A stretch of DNA of 63,609 bases, the filler included, from Collodictyon triciliatum (lineage: Eukaryota): NCBI GenBank assembly GCA_043381765.1. It is 6 parts of 6 records of this genome, joined end to end, with 100 filler letters (N's around TTAATTAATTAA, not from the genome) between each part and the next. Parts side by side here need not be neighbours in the genome. Positions count along the whole stretch, not along the records: positions 1 to 11,330 come from JBHJMP010002426.1; positions 11,431 to 22,760 come from JBHJMP010002427.1; 4 more parts are not named here. One strand, written 5' to 3'. Shown in pieces: positions 1-22,860 of the stretch; the first letter of the stretch is position 1, and every line of letters starts with the position of its first letter. Under the pieces are notes generated by a model, which was not told the origin of the DNA, ran no database searches, and worked only from the letters and a program-made list of their open reading frames with translations. The translations under genes and the position numbers were made by a program.

Positions 1-303
1 CCACGGTAGTGTCTTCCCCTACTCGCGTTTGCTCTCTCCCATGCGCTCCCATCCCGCCCCTTTGTATGGCATAACCTCGCTGCACTTTGAATCGAATAAA
101 GGAAAAAAATATAGTACCTTGTATGAAAGTGATGCCAGCGTAACTTTATTTCTGTTTATTGTATTTCGGAGTTCTCTGGAAAAAAAGCGCTTTGACCAGC
201 TGAAAAAAAAACCAGGAGGGGATCATGCTCTATTATTTATATTATTATTATTTATATTACTATAAAATGGCATGATGTTATAATGCTATGCAATCTAACC
301 GTG

Positions 304-9988
<9,685 letters not shown>

Positions 9989-11119
9989 GTTTTCAATATT
10001 CCTATTCATTTGAAATGTTGCAGATATTCATTGCTTACTGATAGTGAAAATATCATTGTTGTATATTTAATCGATTCAAGATGATATATATCTTTATAAT
10101 TAAAATATTCATTCTTTCATCTTCTGTCTTTTAAAATTTAATGACGGTGTTGAACAATTCATGGCCATAAACTTCTCGACTCTGAATCTTTTTTTAAATA
10201 ACAAGATTCAAATAAATAGAAAGTAACTGATCAATTAATCACTAATATTGAGCTGTTATAGTATAAAGTATTTGTGGTTGTGTGAGAAATAATTTTATGA
10301 ATTGCATATTTTTCACTTTTTTAATAAAAAAAAAAAAAACTAATCATATTTGAACCTGAAGTATCTCGTTAAAATAAAAATACAAAAAACAATAATAACA
10401 CTCGTCGGCGAAGTATTGCATGAATTGAATGAAGAAAGAACAACAACAGCAAAAGGATAAATAAATAAAGCCTTAGCGACGCTTGTAAGTGTGTTCTAGT
10501 TCATCGCACAAGACTAAGGAAAAGGTCGAGGGAATCCAAGAAAAGATTTGCTATCTTAGTAAGGAGCAGACTATGTAAGACTTTGTCAACTTAAAAGTTA
10601 AACTATTGTTGCGGCGCGCATCTTGCTCGCTTACGTCGAGTGGCTCTGTTATCGGCCCTTCTTCTTGGCCTCATGGACGTTATATTTGAAATGTCTCGTG
10701 ACAGAGTGTTTCTCTTCCATCGCGCCACACAACTCGTGTGCAGAAAATGGAAATTCTATTAATATACCCACCACCAAGCATTCAGCCCAGAAGAGGTCTT
10801 TTTGCTATATACTTAATCCATTTGATTACGTCTATCGCTGACGTAATCAATGTTAAGGAGAAAAAGGAAATCAAAATTGTGGTCTAATTATAAATGTGGA
10901 ATTTATGGTTTAAATATATTTTATGATAGTGTGGTAATGAAACATTGACAAGCAATTTATTATTATATATTATAATAATATATGTAATATATTTAATACA
11001 GAAACAGGGGCGTTGTTGGCAGCGGGAACCGACACGGGGCTTACTGATAGGCCACATATTGCGTATGCATCGCTTGGGGGCTGAAAATGTAGACAATACT
11101 TTCATGTTTACATGTACAA

Positions 11120-11330
11120 TTTTTTTTTTTTATTCTTCCTTTCAATTTTGTGCAGGATGGTGGAGATGTTGGCTTTGGTTCGCTAGCCATCGTTTACATG
11201 GGCGCTACTTGGTGGCTGGGTGGCGGAGAAGTAGTCGGTAATCAGGAATTGCATCCTGCGGTTTGGCCTGTAGCCTGGGTCTTGTGCTTGCATGAGAGAT
11301 ACAAGGCGAGGTTTAATCTCTTCCTCAGCC
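11120..11330 (-). mobile_element. 3' end of a non-LTR retrotransposon-like element (ORF end, short 3' UTR, poly(A)), cut by the scaffold end
   Basis: Minus-strand ORF ...AEEEIKPRLVSLMQAQDPGYRPNRRMQFLITDYFSATQPPSSAHVNDG* (stop 11183-11185), then ~50 nt UTR and A12. Homologous copies occur elsewhere in the window. Confidence 0.65.
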
Positions 11331-11430
11331 NNNNNNNNNNNNNNNNNNNNNNNNNNNNNNNNNNNNNNNNNNNNTTAATTAATTAANNNNNNNNNNNNNN
11401 NNNNNNNNNNNNNNNNNNNNNNNNNNNNNN
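11331..11430. other. Artificial scaffold spacer (44N-TTAATTAATTAA-44N)
   Basis: Six-frame stop linker; the identical 100-nt spacer occurs five times. Confidence 0.95.
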
Positions 11431-11431
11431 G

Positions 11432-11873
11432 CTCGACCCCGTGCAAAAATACTGTCCGATCAGACAGACTTGCAGGCGGCTTCCTTGCACGGGTCTTCCT
11501 AGACTTACGTGCAACTCGGGGTTTTTCCGCGCCAGTTTTGGAACCAGAAGAACTGGCTGCAACTTGCAAAGCCTTCGACGGGTCGCAGCTTGCGCTGATC
11601 TCCCCGTCTCGGCTTGTGTTTTCCATCAGGCGCGGGAAGCTTGATTGAAAATCAGGCGCGGGCGGCCTTGTTCTTGTTATAAACGACTTACTCGACCCCG
11701 TGCAAAAATACTGTCCGCTCAGACAGACTTGCAGGCGGCTTCCTTGCACAGGTCTTCCTAGACTTACGTGCAACTTGGGTTTTTTCCGCGCCAGCGTTGG
11801 AACTAGAAGAACCGGCTGCAACTTGCAAAGCCTTCGACGGGTCGCGGCTTGCGTCGATCTCCTCGTCAGGCGC
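11432..11873. repeat. Two direct copies (~170-180 bp, offset 259 nt) of a GC-rich coding-like sequence, possibly TE-derived
   Basis: ctcgaccccgtgcaaaaatactgtccg...ccttcgacgggtcgc starts at 11432 and 11691. Minus-strand reading ...RKPPASLS(D/E)RTVFLHGVE. Confidence 0.8.
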
Positions 11874-12325
11874 GAGAAGATCACTAAAAAATCAGACCTG
11901 GGACTGTGAATGCAGATATTATGATTTGTTGACGAAAGAAAGAGAGAACTGAATGAAAGAGTTCACAAAATTAAAAAAATGTAAGTACTGCAGGTCTGCA
12001 GGAAGAGAAGAAAGAAATTAAAGAAACAGTGAAATATTTCACATGAATGCAAATACTTACCAAATACATGGACATTTTTACCTCTATGAAATATACCACC
12101 AAGAATAAGACTTGTTGGATATAATGCATCGCTGAGTCACAATTCTTACGAAGGATATAAAGCTGATTATATATGTCAGGAGTTTTAGTAAGGGATATAC
12201 ACCATAACCTGGGATTAGGCAAGCATGTTTTTTCTTTAGAGGTGCATACACATTTTACAAAGTACACTTAGAAATCTAGCGTAGAATAAACCATCAAAAC
12301 GAGACAGAAAATGAAAAAAAACTAA

Positions 12326-12520
12326 GAGATTAAACCTCGCCTTGTCTCTCATGCAAGCACAAGACCCAGGCTACAGGCCAAACCGCAAGATGCAATTCTT
12401 GATTACCGTCTACTTCCCCGCACGGCCACTAAGTGGCGTCCATGCAAATGATGGCTAAGCGAATCAAAACCAAACCCTCCACAATTTTTCGTTCATTTAA
12501 AGGAATAATGAAATAAAACA
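12326..12520 (+). mobile_element. Second, decayed copy of the retroelement 3' end
   Basis: agagattaaacctcgccttgtctctcatgcaagcacaagacccaggctacaggccaaaccgc...gattaccgtctacttc is close to the reverse complement of ~11150-11322, with a 2-nt deletion. Confidence 0.75.
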
Positions 12521-12773
12521 AGAACAGATATCAGAAAAAAGACAGAGAAAAGAGTGAGAAAAGAGAAGAAAGGGAGAAAACAGAAGAAAAAAAGATAAGC
12601 TCAATAGACATCAATCGGTCGTGGGTTCATTTTTTAATTTTATTCTGTATTCATGGATCGTCCTTCTGAGGAAAAGCGGAGGTCTGCTTGAAAAACTCAA
12701 AGAATATCTCGTCTAAAATCCTTCTGATTAAAGTATATATATTTATATGCATTTATTGGCTTTCCTTGAGGTA

Positions 12774-15700
12774 TTAAGCTGGGGCTGTCTGTCTCCACTC
12801 AGCTGCTTTCTTGATGTCCCTCTCAACACCCCATCCATTCTCGTAGCATTCAACAACAATAGAAACAGCCTTTGGATAATTGTATCCTCCATATTGATTC
12901 ATTCCAGCCATATCTATCAAGACATTGAATGCATCTTTTGAGCCTTGTTGAGCGAGTTGTTTCAATTTTTTAAAATTTTTAGTTTTTCCAAACCATTCAG
13001 CTGCTTTCTTGGTTCCCTTCTCAACACCCCATCCATTCTCGTAGCATTCTGCAACAACAGAAATAGCATCGTGATATTTGCATCTCCCAAATTCCGTCAT
13101 TTCAGCCATGTCTATCAAGACATTGAATGCATCTTTTGAGCCTTGTTGTGCTAGTTCCTTCAAACTTTCAAAATTTTTAGTTTTTCCAAACCACTCGGCT
13201 GCTTTCTCGGTGCCCTTCTCAACACCCCATCCATTCTCAAAGCACTCTGTTACAATAGAAACAACCTGTGGGTATTTAATTTTTTCATCATCCCATCTTC
13301 CTACCTTTTCCTTAATTTCAGTCATTTGTTTCAATACAATAAATGCATCTTTTGAGCCTTGTTGTGCCAGTTTCTTCAGATTTTCAAAATTTTCAATTTT
13401 CCCGCTAAATACTCCCCATTTAAGAGACAGTGAATAGTCCTTCTCCACACCCCATCCATTCTCGTAGCATTCAGCAACAATAGAGGTGGCTTGCGAATAT
13501 TTGTGTTTCTCACCAATTTTGACTCCCCAATCGCCCAGGATATTTTCCTTCACTTCAGCAATTTTTTTCAATACAATAAAAGCATTTTTTGAGCCATGTT
13601 GTGCTAGTTGCTTCAGTTTATCAAAGTTTTCAGCCTTTCCAAACCATTCAGCTGCTTTCTCAGCGCCTTTCTCAACGCCCCATCCATTCTCATAGCACTC
13701 AGCCATCATTTGAGCCTGAAACTTTGAGAACTTACCCTGCTCACAATAGGAAGCAAAGTCCGCATCAAAGGAGGCGGCACCGATTGAAAGTAGAGTGGTT
13801 TTGTTGTATGGGCTCAATCCTGTGACATTTTTGATTTGAATATTGCCACCTTGCAACTTTCTTGGGCCGATAATCTGGACTGTCTTTGCATCTTGGATTC
13901 TGTTGGTATCAATCATGTTCATTTTATCACTTGTTCTGTTGAATACTGCGATGATTTCATCTGGATTTTCTTTCTTAACTAGGTATTTTCCTTGAAAGTA
14001 TGTCACTTCTGATTTTCGTAAACTATCTGTTTGGTTTCCAGTGGTTACATCCCAAATACATATTGTTTTATCACTACTCCCGGATGCCAACCAATTTTCA
14101 CCATTTGGTCCTTCAATGGAGCAAATACTCATGATACCATTTGTGTGTCCTTCTAATATTTTGATTTGATTTCCTGTGGCTATATCCCAAATACGTATTG
14201 TCCGGTCACCACTTCCAGAAGCCAGCCACTTTTCACCGTTCGGTCCTTGAATTCCACAAACACTTTTGACAGCACTCATATGACCCTCTAATGCATTGAT
14301 TTGGCTTCCAGTGGCTATATCCCAAATACGTATTGTTCTATCATCACTTCCAGAAGCCAGCCACTTTTCACCGTTCAGTCCTTGAATTCCACAAACACTA
14401 TAGACTTCATCTGCATGTCCTTTTAATATTTTGATTCGAATTTCTGTTTTTACATCCCAGACGCTTATTGTTTTATCTTCAATTCCTGAAGCCAACCAGC
14501 TTTCACCATTCGGTCCTTGAATACTGCAAACACTTAAAATAGTACCTTTACGTCCCTCTAGTATTTTGATTTGGTTTCCTGTAACTTCATCCCATATACA
14601 TACTGTTTCATCATCACTTCCAAAAGCGGACCAGTTTTCATCACCAGACTCTGGAATGCTGCAAAAATAGTTATCATCGCCTGTATCTCCTTCTAAATGT
14701 TCGATTTGATTTTCTGTAGCTACATCCCAAATACGTATTGTTTTATCCCAACTTCCAGAAGCCAGCCACTTCTCACCATTCCGTCCCTGAATACTGCAAA
14801 CACTTCTGACAGCATCTGTATGACCTTCTAATATTTTGATTTGATTTCCTGTTGCAACATCCCAAACACGTATTGTTCCATCCCAGCTTCCAGAAGCCAA
14901 CCAATTTTCACCATTCGGTCCTTGAATACTGCAAACACTCATGACAGAATTTTCGTTACCTTCTAATGTTTTAATCTGGTTTCCTGTGATTATATCCCAA
15001 ATACGTATTGTTTTGTCATCACTTCCAGAAGCCAGCCAGTTTTCACCATTCGGTCCTTGAATATTACAAACACTACTGACAGCTTCTGCATGTCCTTCCA
15101 ACCTATCAAGAGGAATTCCGAATTTCACATTATTCATATTCGCATTATCAAAAACACTATCACCAAGCATCGAATTCGTGAAGTCAACACCATCCAAGTT
15201 GGCACTAACAAAGTTTGCACCATCAAGGATTGAACTGCTGAGATTAGCATGTGGAATTTTGATGTTTGATAAATCCATTCCACTGAAAGAAACATTCATG
15301 AAATTCAAAACTGTGATTGCATCAGATGCAGCCTTTGATTTTCTTTCATCAGTCTTTGACATGTAGACAATTCTGAGTAATGATGCAATCATTTGCTCAC
15401 GATTCCATTTTTCATCTAGATTTGCGTCATCAAGAGTTCCACTGATAAATTTCTTGACTCTTGTAAACTCGACAGGCTCTTTGTTGATTCCGATTTCTTT
15501 TGAATGAAAGGACAAGTATTCGCACGAGTTTAATGTTCTGGGGTGAATCCATCCGAGTTTATCAGCAAATCTGTCTCTCATCTCAGCCCAGAATGCCACG
15601 GCTTCGTTATGCTGCTTTAGTTCTTTGCAATGTCTATGCACATCTTCACAAGCCACCCAGCAGTCCCAGTTTTCATAGGATGACTTTTCGCCATGTCTGA

Positions 15701-18700
15701 CAGCAGCTGTTTTGCAAAGCTGAATGACAGCTTCATGCTCTTTCCTGTCTTTCATATGTTTCGCAATCTGTGTACACTGCGAGCCGTCTTTCAGCGCCAT
15801 GATAGTCTTTGTTTCCTTTCTGATAGGAGCTGCCTTCTGGAAACAATCAACACACTGAGCAGAACTAGATGCATGCATATTAGTTATTATTGATGTATAT
15901 TCTTTTACAAGTGTTCATCAAAATATTCTGTAAAATAGATAAAATAAAGTATTAGACCTTCTAAGCTCAAAGTTTGTTCTGCCAATATTTTCAAGGGCAG
16001 TCGCATAATCAGCATGCTTTTCACCCAATGTTCTCTTGCGAATATCCAGTGTCTTTGTATAGGCCTCCGAAGCATCCTTAAAGCTAGTATAACAAGAGTG
16101 AATACATTATTTTCGATTACAATTAATATAATTCATAAAGAGACACTTTTTCATATCAAAACTGATATCTCCAATCATTTCATAGCAGGCCACAACATTC
16201 GGATGATTTTCACCCAGGGCAGACATGAAAATGTCCAGCGATTGCTTTGATGAGGATATGGCCTCAGTTTTCCTATATAAGATAATAGTTTTGAATTTTT
16301 AATGAGGACATCAGAATTATGTAAAGTAATCGTAGCACCAAAGTAGCATCTATAGCAAATGAAATATATGAAGCCAAAACTCATATTGAAAAATGAAAAA
16401 AAAAAAGGGAAAAGTATTTTATGCAAAAATCTACAATTGTAAATCCTAACTTTCCACTGGCAAGATGAACATTTGCAATAAATTGGATTGTTGAGGCAAC
16501 AGATGCATGCTTAGCTCCAAGCGATTTTTCAAGAATTGATTTCGCTTTTTCGTAGTTTTCAACAGATTCTTCATAACTTGATGATTCAGTCGGATTAATT
16601 TTTCAAAAATAAATACTAATATTTAAAATGAGCTTTAATCGAATTAATATGCTACTTTTTCCCAGCCAGAGAGACATGACCATAGTTCTGGTACGATGTT
16701 GCGATAAGTGGATGCTCGTTTCCGACTTTCTTTTGGCGAATTTCCATGGCCTTCGTATATTCAACCAGAGCTTGCTCATTCCTGTCATTAAAATTTGATC
16801 AGCATTCGTATTTACAGAAAAAATGAAATAAGGAATAAAAATGAAAATTATGATTACCTTCCCTGCTTCACATAGATGTCTCCAAAGCGGTCGTATGATT
16901 GGGCCACTTGCAAGTTGTTCTCGCCATATTGTTTGATTCTTAACCCCAGTGATTTCTTGTATTCATCGAGGGCCTCTTCAATACTATTGAAGAAAAAAAT
17001 CGGATTTCCATCCATTTTTGCGATATACCTATCATCAAGTTAAAGTAAACTAGCTGATAAGCCTTACTTTTCCTGTTGCTGGTAGATGATTCCCATCTCT
17101 TCATGAATGGTAGCAATACATAGGGAGTTGTTTTCTTTTTTCTCAACTAAATTGAGACATCTCCTGTAGTAGACCATGGACTCAGGCCAGCTTTTTAATT
17201 TTTATTTTAGAAAAAAACTGCATTTATATATTAATAATCATGTTGGAACTATAATCAATGGTCTTTGTTTACTTCATTTATTTTATTTTATTTTTACTTT
17301 TGGAGGTTCTTGTAGATACGACCAAGATTCAGGTAATCAGCAGCCTTCGCATCTATAAATTGATAGTATTTAGTTTCTACATATTTAATTATTCTCATGG
17401 TACAAATTCTTCAAAAATAATGAATTGCATACCTTCTGTTTGATGTTTTCCAAGACGCACATTCAGAACAGACAACAAGAACGAGTTCTCAAAAGACTCC
17501 AAGAAAAAATCAACAAGCAAGTCTCCCACAATATCCAAGGACTGAAAAAAAATTAAATTTAAATCATGATTCATAATTATTTGAATCAAATAAAAAAACC
17601 ATGATTCATAATGACGATATGTGAGCAGTAACCTATCAATAACCAAAAAAAAAAAAAGTAAAATATTACTACCTTCGTCAAAGTTCCATAAACATTTTTG
17701 TAGTCTGCCGCTCCACTTGCGTTGATTGCTCTCCAGCACGTAAAGAACTCGTAGCGATAGCGACCACCCAGCATGGTGCTGATTACCTTTATAAGTAAAA
17801 ATTATCGGTTAAATCGAGGTATCTTGATAATAAAAGGAACAAAATTAAAATAATCAGAGATAAAAATTACATGTTTTTGCTTCATATATTGGACAAGTAA
17901 GTCAAACGAAGTGCCCTTCACAAGCTGGTAGCATATCTCAGCAGCAAGCTCCTCATCCGCGTCAACAGCCTCAGAATATTGTCCGAACAACCATTTTCCG
18001 TATTTTTCGTGGGTTTTTTCTATATATTTCTCTTTGGTGAAGAAGACCTTTTCGGTGGTCTCCAAAAGCAGCTGGTGGAAGTACATGTATCTAAAGTAAA
18101 CAATGAGGATTTATCCATATAAACCCATAATAAAAGTGCAGATTTACGAATTAAAAGATTGAGTAATAAAACTGACCTTCCATTACGAACGAAAAGCGAC
18201 TCAATGAGAGTAAAGAAGAAAGATTTCCTGTTTGAATAGTAGATAAACAATTGATAAAAAAAAGGAAAAGGATAAATTGATGATTTATGATATTAAAATT
18301 ATGCAAACCATTCAGCAAGGTCGAATCCTGTGCCAATCTCATCTTTCATGTACTTTTCCAAATCACCCTCACTGAGGCCAATGCGGGAGACAAAGAGAAC
18401 CTTCATCGAGAGGGAAACATACTCGACCATTATTGTCCCTTTTCCATTAGACGAGGAGACTGAACAAAAAAAAATTATTCATTTATATTTGAAATTATGG
18501 TTTTTTTTTAATTTTGTGAAATTTAAAACCAATACTCACCTTTTCTGTCAAACTTAAGTTGCCAGCGATGGATAATGAGAGAGTAAAGCTCAATAATACC
18601 ATCTGTAGAAAGTAGAGTGAACAGTTCTTCATCAAGCTTCTCATAGACACCAAAAACCCTGATTTCATCCAGGATGATGCGAAGATAGAGCGGATGACCT

Positions 18701-21700
18701 GTAAAACATATCAGATAATGAATAATTAAATCCTTCAATAAAAACAAATCAACATAGAAACTCTTCAATTATTTCTCACCGGTATCTTCTAAGTCAGCCA
18801 GAATCATTCCAACTTGCTTTTCGTTCAAGGTCTTGTCAAAGCGGATGAGGAAGGATTCGACACCATCCTTAATTTCACTCTCGGTCAACTTGGTGACAGG
18901 AATGGGCTCCAGTCCACTTTGCTTGGCAGACTTATGACAGATAAATTAATTAAACCTCAATCGAATCACATTTAATACGAATATAAATGTATGCATATTT
19001 AAAATTTTTTAATACCTTGCAAGATTCATGGGTATGAATGGTCGACACAACCATGGCAACATTGGCTGGCGTTTCCTTGGGCAACCAGGTCAGCAGATGC
19101 GGAGCTGGCGTTCCTAGGGAGGGGTGGATTTGGTTGATGGCGTCGATGAGGAAGACAAACTTCTCATCCCTATAAAATATAAAAAAAAAAGTTACAATTT
19201 TATTTTAATTTTTATTCTTTAATTCGTTCCAAATATTATAATTTCATTTAATAATGAAAAAATATATATAATCGAATTATTACTTGTTTTTCTCCTGAAT
19301 TATCTTAAATAGGCCTTGGAGCCCCTCTTTTTCGTATTCTGGTGCCAAACCAAGGTAAATACATGAGTAATTAAACATCATTTAAAATTAAAAATATTTA
19401 AAATATATATAATTCAAAATCAAATACCTGTTTGTTGCTTCTTTTGCTCGATAAAGTTGGCAGAGTTTGTGACCAAAGTCCAGAAGCGAATTGAAACACT
19501 TAATGAAATTAAATGTTTTGAATAAAAAAAATCACGTATTGTAGAACGAAAACTCTAATAAATGAAAATAAGTAACCTTTCCACATAGTTGCTGAGATTG
19601 GTGCACCCGACGAAATGGAAAAAGATATGCAGTCCAGGATCATTCAGCCTTTCCAGGTCTCTCACTGTGGCAGCCATGAGCGACGACTTTCCAATCCCAG
19701 ACTCGGCAGCAAGAACGATGATTTTGGACAATTCCACTCTGAGCTGGTTCATAGCCTGAGAAATATATAATTTATTTATAGATAAGAAAAGAAAAGAATA
19801 AAAGGATATTAAAATTATTTTAATCAATTATTCTTCATTTCAACTAACTCGCTGCGTAATTGTCTTAAGAAGCTCCTTTCTTCCGCCAAACCCAGCCAGT
19901 CGATGCATCATGAACTGGTGCTGCGCTTGGTCTTCAGGGTCTCTCACCTAGTTTATAGTTATGTGAACAAAATATAAATGAAACGCATGTCAACAATCAA
20001 TATTAACTTACATAAACACATTAAAAATAAAAAATAATACGATTTGGTTCCCAAAGTCACTCTCGATGGCGTAGGTGAGATGGTAAGTCACAAAATCCGA
20101 ATACTCCTTCACTCCTTTGTAAACAACATGCCCGAACTTGGCCGCAACTTTCCCTTTGAGCTCCTCCTGCTTCTTACGCTAAAAAAAAATACATCAAAAT
20201 ATATGTCAAATAATCAATTCATCAAATAATCATAGCATTTTTACTCAAAAACGAAATTATGAGAATTTCTATCAATTTTTTACAGCCTCTTCGCTTTCAG
20301 CTTGGAACAGCTTTCTTTCTTCCTCGCTCTTGGCATGTTCGGCAGCATAATGCTCATCGCGGATGTAAAAGAAGGCGCGGCTGCATGCTGGTTTGTCAAT
20401 TAGACAAGCATACTGAATCTAAACATGAATTTTGATCAGAAGAATGATTTGATTAGCTTATATTATTCATAATAAAGAAGACACGTAATATAATGTAGAG
20501 ATTCACTTCACCTCGTATTCAGTCACACTCAACCCTGGCATTCCGTCGATGAAAGGGAAGCGACTATTCGTCTCACTGCGCCATTCCACTTGAATGTCCT
20601 TGATGGTGGCATCAGGCGTCGTTTCCAGCAGCTCTTCAAGGCGGACTTGCTTGTTGAGCTCGGTTTTGTTCTGGTTAGGAATCCATCCGTAACGCGCACC
20701 AAGAGAACACACAAAATATGGGCATTTTCCGATGGAGTCCAGACAGCGAATCACAACCTATGAAATAAATAAAAGAAATTTGAGGTCTTACTTATATGAA
20801 AAGCAAAATGTTGTAAAATTTTCTAGAATAATGATGCTGCGATGAAATTATTACCCATCCCTCACTACTGTCCACAGAAGTCAGTCCCCAGCGTAAATCG
20901 ACAAATATAAGGTCCAGTCCCTTCGATTTCGCAAGCCTTATCAACCTGGCATGAATGTAATATGGTTAGTAAAATAAAAGCATAGAATTATCATTCCTTA
21001 TCATGAATTATTATCATGAAAGTGTATTGAGTATACTCGGGCGCTCCATTCTTGAAGAACTCATCTCTTTCATGCTGCATGTCACGGAAAGTCGGAGATA
21101 GGAAAACACGGATGATACGCTCTTGAAAGACAATTTTAGGAAGTGGTGTAGATGTCATGTATCTTTGTGGAGCCGGATTCCACTTCTTGTATTGCCTCTC
21201 CCTCAGGTCTTCACGAGCAAGATTCATCTGGTTTGAAATGGAGATTATATTTCACAAAAACTGAATGAGCTTTCAATTTTTTTACTTACGATCAATAAGT
21301 TACCTTTTCAAGAAGAATGCAAGTGCGTATGAGCACGACAGATCCTTTTTCTTCCAAACCAAGGCCTGCATCAATTTATAATTTTTTTGTAGTTAATGAT
21401 TCGATATGAAAAAATCATAAAAATATGAAAAGAATTTTAACCATGAAACGGAAAGGGGATCTTCGCTCTTTCGAAGAGTTTCTTGGCAATATCGTACCTC
21501 TCACGACATTTTTTCTACAATTTTTAATGATTAGAGATTATATTTCGACATAGTTAAAAAAAAAACCACTAAAAATGAAGTTAAAAAAGATATTGCTACG
21601 CCAAAGCTTCCCAAATGACCAACACTTTGTCCAATCAGATGCTGGAGTATTGTCTTTACCAAATCTGTAAGAATATTAATTATCCCCACTCATACAAAAT

Positions 21701-21893
21701 AAAGAACGATATATGAAAATTCCAAAAACAGAACCCTTGTAACAAATAAAGCAAACCAGCGTAATGGCCCTGAGAAGAAACATTCTCATCACACACATTC
21801 GATTTCAGATACCAATCAACAAGGAGTTTTTGATTTTCATCAACAAGAACATCCTCCTCAATTGCTTTGTCACTAATAATAATGATGATGATG

Positions 21894-21974
<81 letters not shown>

Positions 21975-22350
21975 TAAAGAGAAGGGGAGGGAAGGGATTA
22001 AATGCCAATCGATGAAAAAATGAAAAATTGAAATTGATTATCATAAATGAACCATACGCAAAAAAGCGGGAATGGTAGCTTCCCAAGGACTTTCCGGTGA
22101 CTGTCTCAATCAACATGGCTAAAAAGAACCCGTCGATAAAGTCATCGCGGATGTTCCTCGCCTTGAGCTCGACTTTTCCCAGGTGGTGGTTCACCCATTC
22201 GAGGACAGCCTGTGCTCAGTGGTTGGCGTAAGTATTCAATCCATTTCAATACATAAAATAATTAATGATGAAAATGAATGAATGAGGGCAAACTTCGTCA
22301 ATGGTGACAAAGCTGATGCTGGCCTCGGTGCTTATTTCGATTGTGGACAT
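12774..22350 (-). CDS. NLR-like STAND protein, paralog B (same domain order and matching exon structure as paralog A)
   Basis: Exon-by-exon homology with 304-9988 (NHHLGKVELKARNIRDDF, RVFLSPTFRDMQHERDEF, AAESGIGKSSL, GHPLYLRIILDEIRVFG). Last exon is 12774-15864. Start codon approximate; an in-frame ATG lies slightly upstream. Confidence 0.85.
21893..21973. repeat. (AAT)n microsatellite in an intron of paralog B
   Basis: Direct observation. Confidence 0.95.
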
Positions 22351-22710
22351 ATCTTGAGTAATCCTATTCCCTTGTGAGTGTTCCATATAAAAAAACATAT
22401 TTATCGGTTTTATTGTGTGCTCAGTTATCATCGAAGCATTATAAAGCGTGTCTAACTCAAAGTCAATTGCTTATACGTAGGAAATGAGAGAGCCACAAGA
22501 AAATATGTTTTGTTGCATGGGCTCATGCTTGCTCAGGAGTTTGATCAATCTTTCACGCCAATATTTTCTAGCAATTGATTGGTTGCATCAATGGTGATCA
22601 GCTTTCTTTTCTCTCTACAGTTATAGTTATGTAGCTTGGTATTGTTTTGTTTGCTTAAGACGACGCTCGCTTTGACGTTTTGTTTGTCTAAGTCTTGTGT
22701 ACCGATCAGT

Positions 22711-22743
<33 letters not shown>

Positions 22744-22760
22744 GGGTGATTTTTTTTTTT

Positions 22761-22860
22761 NNNNNNNNNNNNNNNNNNNNNNNNNNNNNNNNNNNNNNNN
22801 NNNNTTAATTAATTAANNNNNNNNNNNNNNNNNNNNNNNNNNNNNNNNNNNNNNNNNNNN
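22761..22860. other. Artificial scaffold spacer
   Basis: 44N-TTAATTAATTAA-44N. Confidence 0.95.

Noticed and set aside
11375-11386. Palindromic TTAATTAATTAA recurring at roughly 11.4-13.4 kb intervals
   Set aside because: Six-frame stop linker inside N padding; an assembly artefact.
11150-12490. Apparent ~180-bp terminal inverted repeats suggesting a DNA transposon or MITE
   Set aside because: The arms lie on different scaffolds across an artificial spacer, and one has a poly(A) tail. They are better explained as two independent retroelement copies.
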